DNA of 64,000 nt from an uncultured Actinomycetota bacterium. Lineage in GTDB: Bacteria > Actinomycetota > Actinomycetes > Mycobacteriales > Mycobacteriaceae. The translations under genes and the position numbers were made by a program. The number at the start of each line of letters is the position of its first letter. Position 1 is the first letter of the stretch. The notes under the pieces were generated by a model that saw only the letters and a program-made list of their open reading frames with translations, was not told the origin of the DNA and searched no databases. The stretch covers positions 61,437 to 125,436 of the forward strand of contig CAVUVB010000005.1 of the NCBI GenBank assembly GCA_963744835.1, in the 5' to 3' direction. Below, one piece after another: positions 11,831-21,728 of the stretch.

Positions 11831-12972
11831 AGCGAGACGATGGTCGCCGACGCGGTGCCGGGTGCGCCGTACACCTGCGCAAGGCCCACCCGCGGGTTGC
11901 CGGGCACCTGACGTTCACCCGCTTCCCCGCGCAGCTGACGCACCAGCTCGTGCATCTGCCGCAGACCCGACGCACCGATCGGTTCGCCGTTGGCGATCAG
12001 TCCGCCATCGGTGTTGACCGGAATCGAGCCATGGATCTCAGTGGCGCCGTCGGCGACCAGCTTCTCCTGTTCGCCGTCGGCGCACAGCCCCGTCTCGGCC
12101 ATGTGGATGACCTCGGCGCCCGCGTCGGTGTCCTGCAGCTGCGCAACGTCGACGTCCTCGGGTCCGATACCCGCGGCTTCGTAAGCGGCCTTGGACGCGT
12201 ACACCGTCGGCGACACATCCCCGTCTAGCGGAGCGAACGTGGCGTGCACTTCGTATGCGCCGTAACGGCGGGTGCGGATTTCACAGGCCCGCACGTACAC
12301 CGGCTTGTCGGTGAACTTGTGCGCTATGTCGGCGCGGCACATCACTACGGCAGCCGCCCCCTCGTCGGGTGCGCAGAACATGTACTGCGTCAGCGGGTAG
12401 TTGAGCACAGTCGAGTTCAGGATCTGGTCCTCGGGAATCGGCTTGCGACGAAACGCATTCGGATTGATCGCACCGTTGCGGAAATTTTTGGCAGCCACCT
12501 TGGCCAGGGTCGCCTGAGAGATGTTGTTGTCGTGCAGGTACTTGTTGGCCTTCATTCCGAAGAACTTGGTGGTGACGAACTGCCCGTTTTGGGCGTACCA
12601 CTGCGGCAGCGCCAGCTTGGCAGGGTCGTCGGTGAAGGCGCCGCGCGGGTGCTTGTCCAACCCGATGGCGATACCGATCTCGTACTTGCCCAACCGGATG
12701 GTGTCCGCGGTCTGCTGGATGGCGCTGGCCGCGGTGGCACAGGCGTTGAACACGTTGGTGAATGTTATGCCGGTTAGGCCGACCAGGCGGGTCACCGCGT
12801 CGGGGTTGGACACTTCGTGGCTGCCGCCGAAGCCGAACTGGATGTCTTTCCACTCGCACCCGGCGTCGGCCAGCGCGGATTGGATGGCTTCGGCGCCCAT
12901 CTGCATTGCCGTCTTCTCAAACCTGCCGAATGGATGCAATCCCACGCCAATGATGGCCACATCGTTACTCAT
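11827..12972 (-). CDS. Thiolase-family (lipid-transfer-protein/SCPx-type) protein with atypical motifs
   Basis: NACATAAS, APDEGAAAVV, VNTDGGLIANGEPIGASG; paired with a DUF35 OB-fold gene. Confidence 0.88.
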   Translation of the reverse strand: MSNDVAIIGVGLHPFGRFEKTAMQMGAEAIQSALADAGCEWKDIQFGFGGSHEVSNPDAVTRLVGLTGITFTNVFNACATAASAIQQTADTIRLGKYEIGIAIGLDKHPRGAFTDDPAKLALPQWYAQNGQFVTTKFFGMKANKYLHDNNISQATLAKVAAKNFRNGAINPNAFRRKPIPEDQILNSTVLNYPLTQYMFCAPDEGAAAVVMCRADIAHKFTDKPVYVRACEIRTRRYGAYEVHATFAPLDGDVSPTVYASKAAYEAAGIGPEDVDVAQLQDTDAGAEVIHMAETGLCADGEQEKLVADGATEIHGSIPVNTDGGLIANGEPIGASGLRQMHELVRQLRGEAGERQVPGNPRVGLAQVYGAPGTASATIVSL

Positions 12973-12992
12973 CTCGAGCTCCTCTTGGGTAG

Positions 12993-13108
12993 ATGGTGGC
13001 GACCCGCTTCGCCCGGCTCCGCCTTATGGTGGCGACCCGCTTCGCCCGGCTCCGCCTTATGGTGGCGACCCGCTTCGCCCGGCTTCGCCGCGCTCGCGAT
13101 CGCCACTA
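12993..13108. repeat. MIRU/VNTR-like intergenic tandem repeat, 33-bp unit x3
   Basis: ATGGTGGCGACCCGCTTCGCCCGGCTCCGCCTT at 12993, 13026 and 13059; the third copy extends to the full ...GCGCTCGCGATCGCCACTA element. Confidence 0.92.
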
Positions 13109-13519
13109 GACCGGCTGGAATGCAAACGTGACGACCTCGTTGCCCTCGTCGTCGGCGGCAAACGGCACCATGGTCAGCTCGACCTCCTGCCCGAACTGCA
13201 GCTTGGCCGGGTCGTTTTCGGTCAGCCGGCCCTCGACTCGGATCACGTCACCGAGTTGGACCAGGCCCACGCCGAACGGCACGAAGTCGTCGCCGGTCGG
13301 GCCGGCATAGGGAGGTCCCGGCGGAAAGCCCTGCGTGGTCCAGGCCACCAGCGTTCCGCGGCGCGGCAGTAACAGCTCGGTCATCGTCGAGCCGCTGCAC
13401 CGCGGGCAAAGCTGCTGCACCGGGAAGGTGGTGGCGCCACAGTCGCCGCACCGGCTGCCGATCAGCTGTGGGTTGTCATCCGGCCAGGTAGAGATATCGG
13501 GCGCCAGTGCCTTTTGCAT
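13106..13519 (-). CDS. Zn-ribbon/OB-fold (DUF35) protein
   Basis: CGDC...CPRC Zn ribbon followed by an OB-fold; typical thiolase partner. Confidence 0.9.
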   Translation of the reverse strand: MQKALAPDISTWPDDNPQLIGSRCGDCGATTFPVQQLCPRCSGSTMTELLLPRRGTLVAWTTQGFPPGPPYAGPTGDDFVPFGVGLVQLGDVIRVEGRLTENDPAKLQFGQEVELTMVPFAADDEGNEVVTFAFQPV

Positions 13520-13553
13520 CGAGCGATCCTCCAGCGGTCATCCGTCCAGCGGC

Positions 13554-13612
13554 CAGAATATTGCTCACTGAACCGTATAACAGCCTTGCAGAAAAGTGGA
13601 AACCCCATTCTC
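13554..13612. promoter_or_regulatory. Degenerate triple GAGAAT-N3-ATTCTC-type operator array (22-bp period)
   Basis: CAGAAT-ATT-GCTCAC (13554), TATAAC-AGC-CTTGCA (13576), GGAAAC-CCC-ATTCTC (13598) in a divergent promoter. Confidence 0.45.
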
Positions 13613-13651
13613 ACTGCGGGCGCACGGCGACCCTGCATTAGGTTGGCGACT

Positions 13652-13945
13652 ATGGCGGTCACCGTGTTACTCGAACTCAGGTTCAAACCCGACGAGGTCC
13701 CCGCGGGGCGCGAACTCATGGGCCGGGCGCTGCAGGACACCCGAGCATTCGACGGGAACTTGCGAACCGACGTGCTCGTCGACGAGGACGACGAAACGCA
13801 CTGGATCATCTACGAGCTTTGGGATTCGGTCGACCACGATGAGGCCTACCGCAGGTTTCGCGCCGGCGAAGGCAAGCTGACGCAGCTGCCTCCGCTGCTG
13901 GCCGCACCCCCGGTCAAGACCAGGTACTCGACGACCGATGTATAA
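13652..13945 (+). CDS. Antibiotic biosynthesis monooxygenase (ABM)-family protein, probably leaderless
   Basis: TRAFDG...IYELWDS..H.AY motif; TAGGTT -10 hexamer at 13639-13644, 7 nt before the ATG. Confidence 0.8.
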   Translation: MAVTVLLELRFKPDEVPAGRELMGRALQDTRAFDGNLRTDVLVDEDDETHWIIYELWDSVDHDEAYRRFRAGEGKLTQLPPLLAAPPVKTRYSTTDV

Positions 13946-13951
13946 GAGGGC

Positions 13952-14941
13952 CTAGCTCAGCGCAGTGATGACTTCGCGTTCGAACAGCTCGATGCCGGAA
14001 CGGTCGTAGGCGGCCTCCGGGAAGTAACAGATGACATACTCGCAGCCCAAGCCGCGCAGTTTTTGCAGCCGCTCGATCACTTGTTCCGTTGTCCCGGTAG
14101 CTGAATCCGGTCCGCTGCCGCTGGCGATCATCGCATCTGCCGCCGCTTCCGGGACATAGCCGATCATCCGGTCCCGGATGCGCTGCAGCCGGTCTTTGAC
14201 ATCGGCCTCCGAGGTGCCGAGGGTTGCGTTGATGTTGACCGAGCGCACGATCGCGTCGAAGTCGGTACCCACGTCGCGGCAATGCCCGGCAAGCACTTCG
14301 GACTTGTGTACAAAGCCCTCCGATTCGGAAGTGAAGTTCGTGTACTGTGCGTACTTCGCGGCGATGCGCAAGGTCACCTTCTCGCCGCCGCCAGCGATCC
14401 ACAGCGGGATCCCGCTGTCCTGCAGAGGCTTCGGGGCCACGATCGCTCCGTCAACCTGGTAATGCTTGCCGTCCAAACTGACCCTGCCGTCGCCCCAGGC
14501 GGCGCGCATGATCTGTACACCCTCGTCGAGTCGCCCGAGCCGCACGCCAGCCGATGGGAAGCCGTAACCGTAAGCGCGCCACTCGTGTTCGTACCAGCCG
14601 CCACCGATGCCCATCTGGATGCGGCCGCCCGAGATAATGTCGGCGGTGGCTGCGACTTTGGCCAGGTAAACCGGATTGCGATAACTCATCGCCGTGCACA
14701 TCTGGCCCAGCTTGATCCGCGACGTCGTCGCCGCATAGGCAGACATCAGTGACCACGCCTCGTGGGTGGCTTCGGCGGTCGGCATCGGAACGGTGTGGAA
14801 ATGGTCGTACACCCACAACGAGTCCCACGCGCCGCCATCGGCGTGGGCGGCCAGGTCCCGCATCACCGCCCAGTGCTCAGCCGGGTCGATCCCGACCAGA
14901 TCCATACGCCAACCCTGGGGAATGAAGAGTCCGAATCGCAT
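13952..14941 (-). CDS. LLM-class F420-dependent oxidoreductase
   Basis: MRFGLFIPQGW, SLWVYDHFH, RNPVYLAK, IAGGGEKVTLRIAAKYA. Confidence 0.88.
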   Translation of the reverse strand: MRFGLFIPQGWRMDLVGIDPAEHWAVMRDLAAHADGGAWDSLWVYDHFHTVPMPTAEATHEAWSLMSAYAATTSRIKLGQMCTAMSYRNPVYLAKVAATADIISGGRIQMGIGGGWYEHEWRAYGYGFPSAGVRLGRLDEGVQIMRAAWGDGRVSLDGKHYQVDGAIVAPKPLQDSGIPLWIAGGGEKVTLRIAAKYAQYTNFTSESEGFVHKSEVLAGHCRDVGTDFDAIVRSVNINATLGTSEADVKDRLQRIRDRMIGYVPEAAADAMIASGSGPDSATGTTEQVIERLQKLRGLGCEYVICYFPEAAYDRSGIELFEREVITALS

Positions 14942-14952
14942 AGCTTCGGACT

Positions 14953-15507
14953 CTAACCCGACGACGATTGGTCGATCCCAAGGGCGGCCAGCGCTCCGTC
15001 GACGGTGGCCCGGCGCAGTTTCTCGTAAGGCGTGTCCGGAAATTGCAGACAGCAATCCTGCAGACCTCCGAAAGCGATCACCGCACGGGTCGATTGCTCG
15101 AGCGTGGGACGCCGACCGAAAACCAGCTTCCCCAGCCGGTCGCGCCAGGCAAGCAATTGATCGATCAGGCCGAGATCGGCCAGAGTGGTCAGCTCGGCGA
15201 CCACCACTACCAGATCGCGGCGGTGCGCAAAGTGATAGTCGAAGTACCCTTCGAGCAATTCACGTGGGGTCGCATCTCGTGTGCGTTCGTGTTTGGCGAT
15301 GAACCGCTCCCCCTCGTCGATCAGCGGTTTGACGATGCTGCGGACCAGGTCCTCCCGGGAGGCGAAGTGGTAGTACAGCGCCGGCTTGGTGATTCCGAGC
15401 TTGTCTGCGATGTCCTGCAGGCTCGTTCGTTGCACACCTTGGCTGGCGAACAATTCACGGGCGACATCCTGAATGCGCTCGCGAGTGTCGGAACGGGGCC
15501 TGCTCAC
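14953..15507 (-). CDS. TetR-family transcriptional regulator
   Basis: TSLQDIADKLGITKPALYYHFASREDL HTH. Confidence 0.92.
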   Translation of the reverse strand: MSRPRSDTRERIQDVARELFASQGVQRTSLQDIADKLGITKPALYYHFASREDLVRSIVKPLIDEGERFIAKHERTRDATPRELLEGYFDYHFAHRRDLVVVVAELTTLADLGLIDQLLAWRDRLGKLVFGRRPTLEQSTRAVIAFGGLQDCCLQFPDTPYEKLRRATVDGALAALGIDQSSSG

Positions 15508-15524
15508 CTACTGAGCTTATCTGA

Positions 15525-15570
15525 CTTACCGATAGGTACGCTGTTAGTGCTAAGCTTACCGATCGTTAAG
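15525..15570. promoter_or_regulatory. Two TetR operator palindromes (consensus CTTACCGATCGGTAAG)
   Basis: CTTACCGATAGGTACG (15525) and CTTACCGATCGTTAAG (15555), between the divergent tetR and monooxygenase genes. Confidence 0.75.
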
Positions 15571-15587
15571 TAAGCAGGAGGTGCAGC

Positions 15588-16796
15588 ATGCGCGTCCTTA
15601 TCTCCGGTGCGAGCATCGCCGGGCCGGTGCTGGCGTACTGGCTGGCCCGGTACGGTTTCGAGGCCACCGTCGTCGAGCGTGCGCCGCAACTGCGGAAGAC
15701 CGGCGGCCACGCCGTCGACTTGTTCCGGCCGTCCATGGAGATCTCGGAGAAGATGGGCGTGCTGCCAACAATCGAGGCCCTAACTACTGGCACCGATGCG
15801 ATGACGTTGTATCGGGAGGGCGCCCGGCGGCCGGCTCACATCGATCTCAGCAGACTCGTCAACGTCGCATCCGACCGCCACGTGGAGATCATGCGCGACG
15901 ATCTCAGTGCCGCCTACTACGACGCCGGAAGTGACCATGTCGAGTATCTGTTCGGCGATTCGATCACCGCGATCTCTCCCGACGGTGAGGTGACATTCGA
16001 GCGCGAGGCACCACGCAGGTTCGACGTTGTGGTCGGTGCCGACGGACTGCACTCGAATGTTCGGCGCTTGGTCTTCGGCGAGGACGCGGGACGAACTCAG
16101 TTTCTCGGCGGGTACCTGGCAGTATTGTCGGTGCCGAAAATGATTGCGGCCGAAGGCGAGATGATCCTTCACGTCGGTGCCGGTCGTCTTGCCGGGCTCT
16201 ACACCGCCCAGGCCCTGGACGATGCGCGGGCATTATTCATGTTTCGCAGCAAAACAGAACTCGAGTACCACCATCGAGATGCTCTGCGGCAGAAAGAGTT
16301 ACTTCGCGCGGCGTTTGCCGGGATGCATGCAACGGTGGACGGCTGGCTCGATGAGCTCGACGGCACACCTGCGTTCTACTTCGACTCGATCACCCAACTG
16401 CAGATGGACAGCTGGTCGCGCGGGCGAGTCACGCTCGTCGGCGACGCCGGATATTGCCCCGGCCCAGCGGTGGGAGGCAGTACCAGCCTCGCGGTGCTCG
16501 GCGCCTACGTGCTGGCCGGGGAGCTCGCCCAGGCCCGCGGAGACCATGTGCGGGCGTTCGCCGCCTACGAGCAGGAGCTGGGCGAAACGGTACGTCGCAG
16601 CCGGGCGTTTGCGCGCGGTGCCGCCAAGACGCTCCTTCCCGGCTCCCGTGCCGCGCTTTGGGCAACTACCCGAGGCCTCCAGCTGGTCTCGTTGCTGCCT
16701 TCATCGCTCACCACCGCGATCGCGAAGTTGAACACCAAGGGCGTGCGGATGCACGACTCGATGCGGCTCAAGGACTACCCGGCGCCGGTGCCATAA
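15588..16796 (+). CDS. FAD-dependent monooxygenase
   Basis: GASIAGP, VVGADGLHSNVR, LVGDAGYCPGP..G.TSLA; RBS AGGAGG. Confidence 0.92.
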   Translation: MRVLISGASIAGPVLAYWLARYGFEATVVERAPQLRKTGGHAVDLFRPSMEISEKMGVLPTIEALTTGTDAMTLYREGARRPAHIDLSRLVNVASDRHVEIMRDDLSAAYYDAGSDHVEYLFGDSITAISPDGEVTFEREAPRRFDVVVGADGLHSNVRRLVFGEDAGRTQFLGGYLAVLSVPKMIAAEGEMILHVGAGRLAGLYTAQALDDARALFMFRSKTELEYHHRDALRQKELLRAAFAGMHATVDGWLDELDGTPAFYFDSITQLQMDSWSRGRVTLVGDAGYCPGPAVGGSTSLAVLGAYVLAGELAQARGDHVRAFAAYEQELGETVRRSRAFARGAAKTLLPGSRAALWATTRGLQLVSLLPSSLTTAIAKLNTKGVRMHDSMRLKDYPAPVP

Positions 16797-16817
16797 CGCA
16801 AGGTTTACCGTGAAGCC

Positions 16818-17423
16818 ATGGCCTCTAGACACACACTGTTTCGGGTCTTTTACGCGATCGGGTTTACTCCGTGGGACGGTCATCCGCTCACCCCGGCGCT
16901 GCGGGAACACGTCGAGGGAACCGAGGCACTCCCACCCGGGGCGGCACTCGACGTGGGATGCGGAACCGGAGATTCGTCGATCTATCTGGCCCAGCACGGA
17001 TGGCACGTCACCGGAGTTGACTTCACGCCCAAGGCGCTGGATACCGCACGCGCTAAGGCCCGCGCCGCAGACGCTACGGTCAACTTCGTCCACGCTGACG
17101 CCACCTACTTGCGCAATGCGGGTATAGCTGGGCCTTTCCAGGTGATCGTGGACAATGGCTGCTTCCATGGCATGAGCGCCCACGATCGTGATCTTTACGT
17201 CCACGAGATCAGCGCGGCGGCCGCCCCGGGCGCACGGCTGTTGATGATCGCCTTCAAACCCGGTCGTTTCGGACCGGCGGGAGTCGATCAATCGGAGATC
17301 GAGAGCCGATTCGCGCCCGCATGGGCACTGCTGTCGGCCAACGACGAACCGCGGTGGACTGGCGCAAAGAGGTTCGCGTCGCGATTCACCGCGCGCAGCT
17401 ACGTGCTCCAGCGCAACGGCTAG
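16818..17423 (+). CDS. Class I SAM-dependent methyltransferase
   Basis: ALDVGCGTG, VTGVDF, DNGCFH motifs. Confidence 0.88.
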   Translation: MASRHTLFRVFYAIGFTPWDGHPLTPALREHVEGTEALPPGAALDVGCGTGDSSIYLAQHGWHVTGVDFTPKALDTARAKARAADATVNFVHADATYLRNAGIAGPFQVIVDNGCFHGMSAHDRDLYVHEISAAAAPGARLLMIAFKPGRFGPAGVDQSEIESRFAPAWALLSANDEPRWTGAKRFASRFTARSYVLQRNG

Positions 17424-17434
17424 GCGGGCCGCAC

Positions 17435-17884
17435 TTAGGCGGACTCACCGATGACGCGCCGATGCAATTCCTTTGTCAGGACATGGATTTGACGGGTCAG
17501 CTCGGTGTTGGTTTTGAGCTCGAGTTCCTCAAGTTCAAAGTCGTGGTCGGCTTTGGCCTGTTGGAAGGCTGCTTGGCGGTTCTGGCCGATCATGACGAAC
17601 GTCGACAGGAAGATTGCTTCAAGTGAAACCACCAGAGTCAGGTTCGGCCACGGGCTCTTTTCCAGAACCACCATCCACGCGCCGAAAAGGGCCACGTGAA
17701 TCCAGACGAAGTGCATCGAGCCGGCGAATGCGGTGATTCGATCGGCCAGCCGCAGCTGAAATCTCTCGCTTCGTCTCCTGGCCTCCTCCAGCACGGCTGG
17801 ATGGTGGCGTTGATTGCTACGTAGCAACCGGTGCGGAATGAGCTGAGGAATTCGCCGACCACTTTTAGAGCGTGGGGTTGTCAT
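17435..17884 (-). CDS. DUF1003 membrane protein
   Basis: LADRITAFAGSM...LTLVVSLEAIFLSTFVMIGQNRQ; RBS GGAGGA; a possible SigF-like GGTTC-N18-GGGTAT lies upstream (17903-17931). Confidence 0.85.
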   Translation of the reverse strand: MTTPRSKSGRRIPQLIPHRLLRSNQRHHPAVLEEARRRSERFQLRLADRITAFAGSMHFVWIHVALFGAWMVVLEKSPWPNLTLVVSLEAIFLSTFVMIGQNRQAAFQQAKADHDFELEELELKTNTELTRQIHVLTKELHRRVIGESA

Positions 17885-18156
17885 GTTCAGTCCTCCCGGT
17901 CCATACCCCTGTGAGATACACGAGCCGAACCGGTCTGTCGCACAGCGGTTTCGATGACGGGTTAACTGCTGATCGACAGGCCGGCTACCAAAGGCTACAA
18001 GATGCCGGGAAAACCACACGCGAAGCTCGACGCTGACCCAAACGCCGCCCGGCGCGCGTCGTCTTCAAGGCGCCTCCACGCCAACCACCAAACCAGCTCC
18101 CAACATCCGCAACTCTGTGAGGCGGGATGTAGGAGCTTTCGTGTTTGCTCGCGCCG

Positions 18157-20301
18157 TTAGGTCAGCGAGTCCGGGGCAGGAAGCGGTCTCCGTACTTGGC
18201 GGCCAGCTCGCGAGCCCGCGCGACGAAAGCTTGCCTGCCCGTACCGTGGGGGCCCTCATAGCCGACGATGTACTGGGCACTGCCACCGGTCCACGGCGGG
18301 AACCCGATGCCCATGATCGAGCCGATATTGGCGTCGGCCGTGGACGTCAGCACGTTCTCGTCAAGGCACTTCTGCGTTTCCAGCGCTTCGGCGAACAACA
18401 TCCGATCGACCATGTCCTGCAGCGGCGGCTCCGACGAACCGGATTTGAACGTCTCCCGCAGGCCCGTCCACAGGCCGGTGCGCTTGCCGTCGACGTACTC
18501 GTAGAAGCCCGCACCCTTCAGGCGGCTAGGCCGGCCGATCTCGATCATCTTCTCGACAACGGCTTCTGCCGGGTGCGGCTCGTAAGTGCCGCCGGCGTCC
18601 TCCACACCCTTGCGGCTGGCGACCGCGATCTTGTGCATCAACTCCAAGTTGAGCTCGTCGGACAGCTGCAACGGCGGCGCTGGGTAACCGGCCTGGGAAC
18701 CGGCGTGTTCGACGCTGGCGGGCTCCACGCCCTCGCCCAGCATCGCCAGCGCCTCGTTGACGAAGGTGCCGATGACGCGGCTGGTGAAGAAGCCGCGGCT
18801 GTCGTTAACGACGATCGGGGTCTTGCCGATGGCCAGCGTGTAGTCGAAGACTCGGGCCAGCGCCTCGTCAGATGTCTTCTCGCCCTTGATGATTTCGACC
18901 AGCGGCATCTTGTCGACCGGCGAGAAGAAGTGTATCCCGATGAAATCCTCCTGCCGCTTCACACCGGTCGCCAGACCAGTGATCGGCAGCGTCGACGTGT
19001 TCGACCCGAGCAGCGCGTTGGGCTCGACGACGTCCTCGATCTCCTGGAACACCTTGTGCTTGAGGTCCTGGTTCTCGAACACCGCCTCGATCACGAAGTC
19101 GACGCCCTTGAAGTCGGCGGCGTCGGCGGTCGGCGTGATGCGGTCCAACAGCGCCTTGCTCTTCTCCTCGGTGGTCTTGCCACGTTGAAGTGCCTTGGCC
19201 TCAAGCTTTTCCGAGTAGTTCTTGCCCCTTTCCGCGGCCTCGATGCTGACGTCCTTGAGCACCACGTCGAATCCGGCCTTGGCGGAGACGTAGGCGATGC
19301 CGGCGCCCATCATGCCCGCGCCCAGCACACCGATCTTGTTGATCTTGATCGGCTCGATGCCGTCGGGACGCGAGCCGCCGCCGTTGATGTGCTGCAGGTC
19401 GAAGAAGAACGCCTGAATCATGTTCTTGGCGACCTGGCCGGTGACCAGAGAAGTGAAGTAACGGCTCTCGATGCGGCTGGCGGTATCGAAGTCCACCTGA
19501 GCACCCTCCACGGCCGCGTCCAGGATGGCCCGTGGCGCAGGCATCGGCGCACCTTTGAGCTGCTTTTTCAGCAACGCCGGGAACGACGGCAGAATGCCGG
19601 CCAGCGCCGGGCTGGACGGGGTGCCGCCAGGCATCTTGTAGCCCTTGACATCCCACGGCTGGGTGTGCGAATCGGGATTGGCCTTGATCCACGCCTTGGC
19701 GGCGGGCACCAGCTCGTCGACCGAGCCGACGAGCTCGTCGACAAGCCCCATCTCCTTGGCCTTGTCGGGCTTGAAACGGGTGCCTTGGGACAGAATGTTC
19801 ATGAACGCGTTCTGGATGCCGAACATCCGCACGGTGCGCGTCACGCCGCCGCCACCGGGCAGCAGGCCCAGCGTCACCTCTGGCAGACCGACGACGAGAC
19901 CCTTGACGTCGGCGGCGATACGGTGATGACACGCGAGCGCGATCTCCAGACCGCCGCCGAGTGCTGCACCGTTGATGGCGGCCACCACCGGCTTGCCCAG
20001 GGTCTCAAGGGCGCGCAAATCACGCTTGACCCCCTCGACGGTGTCGAATGCCTCGCCGGCGTTCTCGGGGCCTGAATTTGATCATGCCCTTGAGGTCAGC
20101 GCCGGCGAAGAAGGTCTTCTTCGCGCTGGTGATGACCACGCCGGAGATCGAATCCTTCTCCGCGACAAGGCGTTCGACCGCGTTGTGCATGGACTCGGCG
20201 TAATGCTCGTTCATCACGTTGGCCGACCCGGTGGGGTCGTCCATCGTCAGCGTGACGATGCCGTCGGCGTCCTTGTCCCACGCAATGGTGTTCTCGGTCA
20301 T
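18157..20301 (-). CDS. fadB: Fatty-acid oxidation complex alpha subunit FadB (two apparent 1-nt frameshifts, ~20075 and ~18175)
   Basis: Enoyl-CoA hydratase plus GVLGAGMMG dehydrogenase domains; start MTENTIAWDKD at 20301; one more C in the CCCC run gives the ending ...FLPPDSLT-TAA. Confidence 0.9.
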
Positions 20302-20305
20302 GGCC

Positions 20306-21517
20306 CTAAACCCTCTCGATGATCGTGGCGACACCCATGCCGCCGCCGATGCACAGCGTGACCAGCGCGCGGCGCGCGTTGCGGCGCTCAAGCTCGTCGA
20401 CCATGGTGCCGGTGATCATGGCGCCGGTGGCACCCAGCGGGTGGCCCATCGCAATGGCGCCACCGTTGACGTTGAGCTTCTCGTCAGGGATGTTGAGGTC
20501 CTTCTGGAATTTCAGCACCACCGACGCGAACGCCTCGTTCAGCTCGAACAGGTCGATGTCGTCGATCGTCAAACCGGAGCGATCGAGCACCTTGCGGGTG
20601 GCAGGTGTCGGGCCGGTGAGCATGATGACCGGGTCCGCGCCGCTGGTCGCAGTGGCCACGATGCGGGCCCGTGGGGTCAGTCCCTGCGACTTGCCTGCCG
20701 CCTCTGAACCGACCAACACCAGCGCGGCCCCGTCGACGATGCCGGAGCTGTTGCCGCCGGTGTGGACGTGGTTGATCTTTTCGACCCAGTGGTACTTCTG
20801 CAGGGCCACGTCGTCGAAGCCGCCCATCTCGCCGACGCCGTCGAAGGCGGTCTTCAGCTTGGCCAGGCCCTCCGGAGTGGTTTCGGGCCGCATGTGCTCG
20901 TCGTGGTCGAGGATGACCAGACCGTTCTGGTCACGCACCGGCACCACCGACTTCGCGAAGTAGCCACCCGACCAGGCCTCGGCGGCCTTCTGCTGGCTGC
21001 GCAGCGCGTAGGCGTCGACGTCCTCGCGGGAGAAGCCTTCGAGGGTGGCGATCAGGTCGGCGCCGATGCCCTGCGGCACGAAGCCGATCTGGTAGTTGGT
21101 CTCGGGGTCGGTTGCCCAGGCGCCGCCGTCGGAGCCCATCGGTACGCGGCTCATCGACTCGACACCGCCAGCCAGCACCAGGTCGTCCCAGCCGGAGCGC
21201 ACCTTCTGGGCGGCGGTGTTGACCGCTTCCAGGCCCGAGGCGCAGAACCGGTTGAGCTGGACACCACCGGTGGTCTCGGGCAGCCCGGCCGCCAGCACTG
21301 CGGTCCGGGCGATATCGCCGCCCTGATCGCCGACCGGCGAGACCACCCCGAGGATCATGTCGCTGATCAGTGTTTCGTCGAGGTCGGGGAAGCGCCGGCG
21401 CAGCTCGTCGACCAGACCGACCACCAGGTTCAGCGGCTTGACCTCGTTCAAGGACCCGTTGCGTTGCTTGCCGCGCGGCGTGCGGATGGCCTCGTAGATG
21501 AAGGCTTCTTCGGACAT
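20306..21517 (-). CDS. fadA: Acetyl-CoA acyltransferase FadA
   Basis: [26 protein letters not shown]. Confidence 0.95.
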   Translation of the reverse strand: MSEEAFIYEAIRTPRGKQRNGSLNEVKPLNLVVGLVDELRRRFPDLDETLISDMILGVVSPVGDQGGDIARTAVLAAGLPETTGGVQLNRFCASGLEAVNTAAQKVRSGWDDLVLAGGVESMSRVPMGSDGGAWATDPETNYQIGFVPQGIGADLIATLEGFSREDVDAYALRSQQKAAEAWSGGYFAKSVVPVRDQNGLVILDHDEHMRPETTPEGLAKLKTAFDGVGEMGGFDDVALQKYHWVEKINHVHTGGNSSGIVDGAALVLVGSEAAGKSQGLTPRARIVATATSGADPVIMLTGPTPATRKVLDRSGLTIDDIDLFELNEAFASVVLKFQKDLNIPDEKLNVNGGAIAMGHPLGATGAMITGTMVDELERRNARRALVTLCIGGGMGVATIIERV

Positions 21518-21613
21518 GGGTGATTCTCTTTCCACTGGTTTCACGACCGGGGTTTTTGGATCTGGTCCTTTGGGACGCTAGTCCTCTGAGCGCCAGCCTA
21601 ACAAAGTGCCCGT

Positions 21614-21629
21614 CCAACCTGTTGGTTGG
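21614..21629. promoter_or_regulatory. Palindrome CCAACC-TGTT-GGTTGG upstream of fadA (putative operator)
   Basis: Perfect 6-bp arms in the fadA/dapC divergent region. Confidence 0.45.
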
Positions 21630-21650
21630 GAGTGCAGCAGCGTCGAATGC

Positions 21651-21699
21651 GAAGCTGGCCGCACACTCGAAGCCCAACGTGAAGCTGGCCGCACACTCG
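21651..21699. repeat. 19-bp direct repeat GAAGCTGGCCGCACACTCG x2 (30-bp period)
   Basis: Exact copies at 21651 and 21681. Confidence 0.75.
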
Positions 21700-21728
21700 T
21701 GCGCTGACGCGCCTTAGGCTCAACACCC

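Noticed and set aside
12993-13108. Possible mini-CRISPR (33-bp repeats)
   Set aside because: Repeats are directly adjacent with no spacers and no cas genes; this is a MIRU/VNTR
18117-20075. 652-aa + strand ORF
   Set aside because: Antisense shadow of fadB
18157-20301. Programmed frameshifting in fadB and other split genes
   Set aside because: No slippery heptamers or stimulatory structures seen; indels are scattered and often compensating
21651-21699. Repeat-spacer-repeat resembling CRISPR
   Set aside because: Only two 19-bp copies with an 11-bp gap; too short and no cas genes
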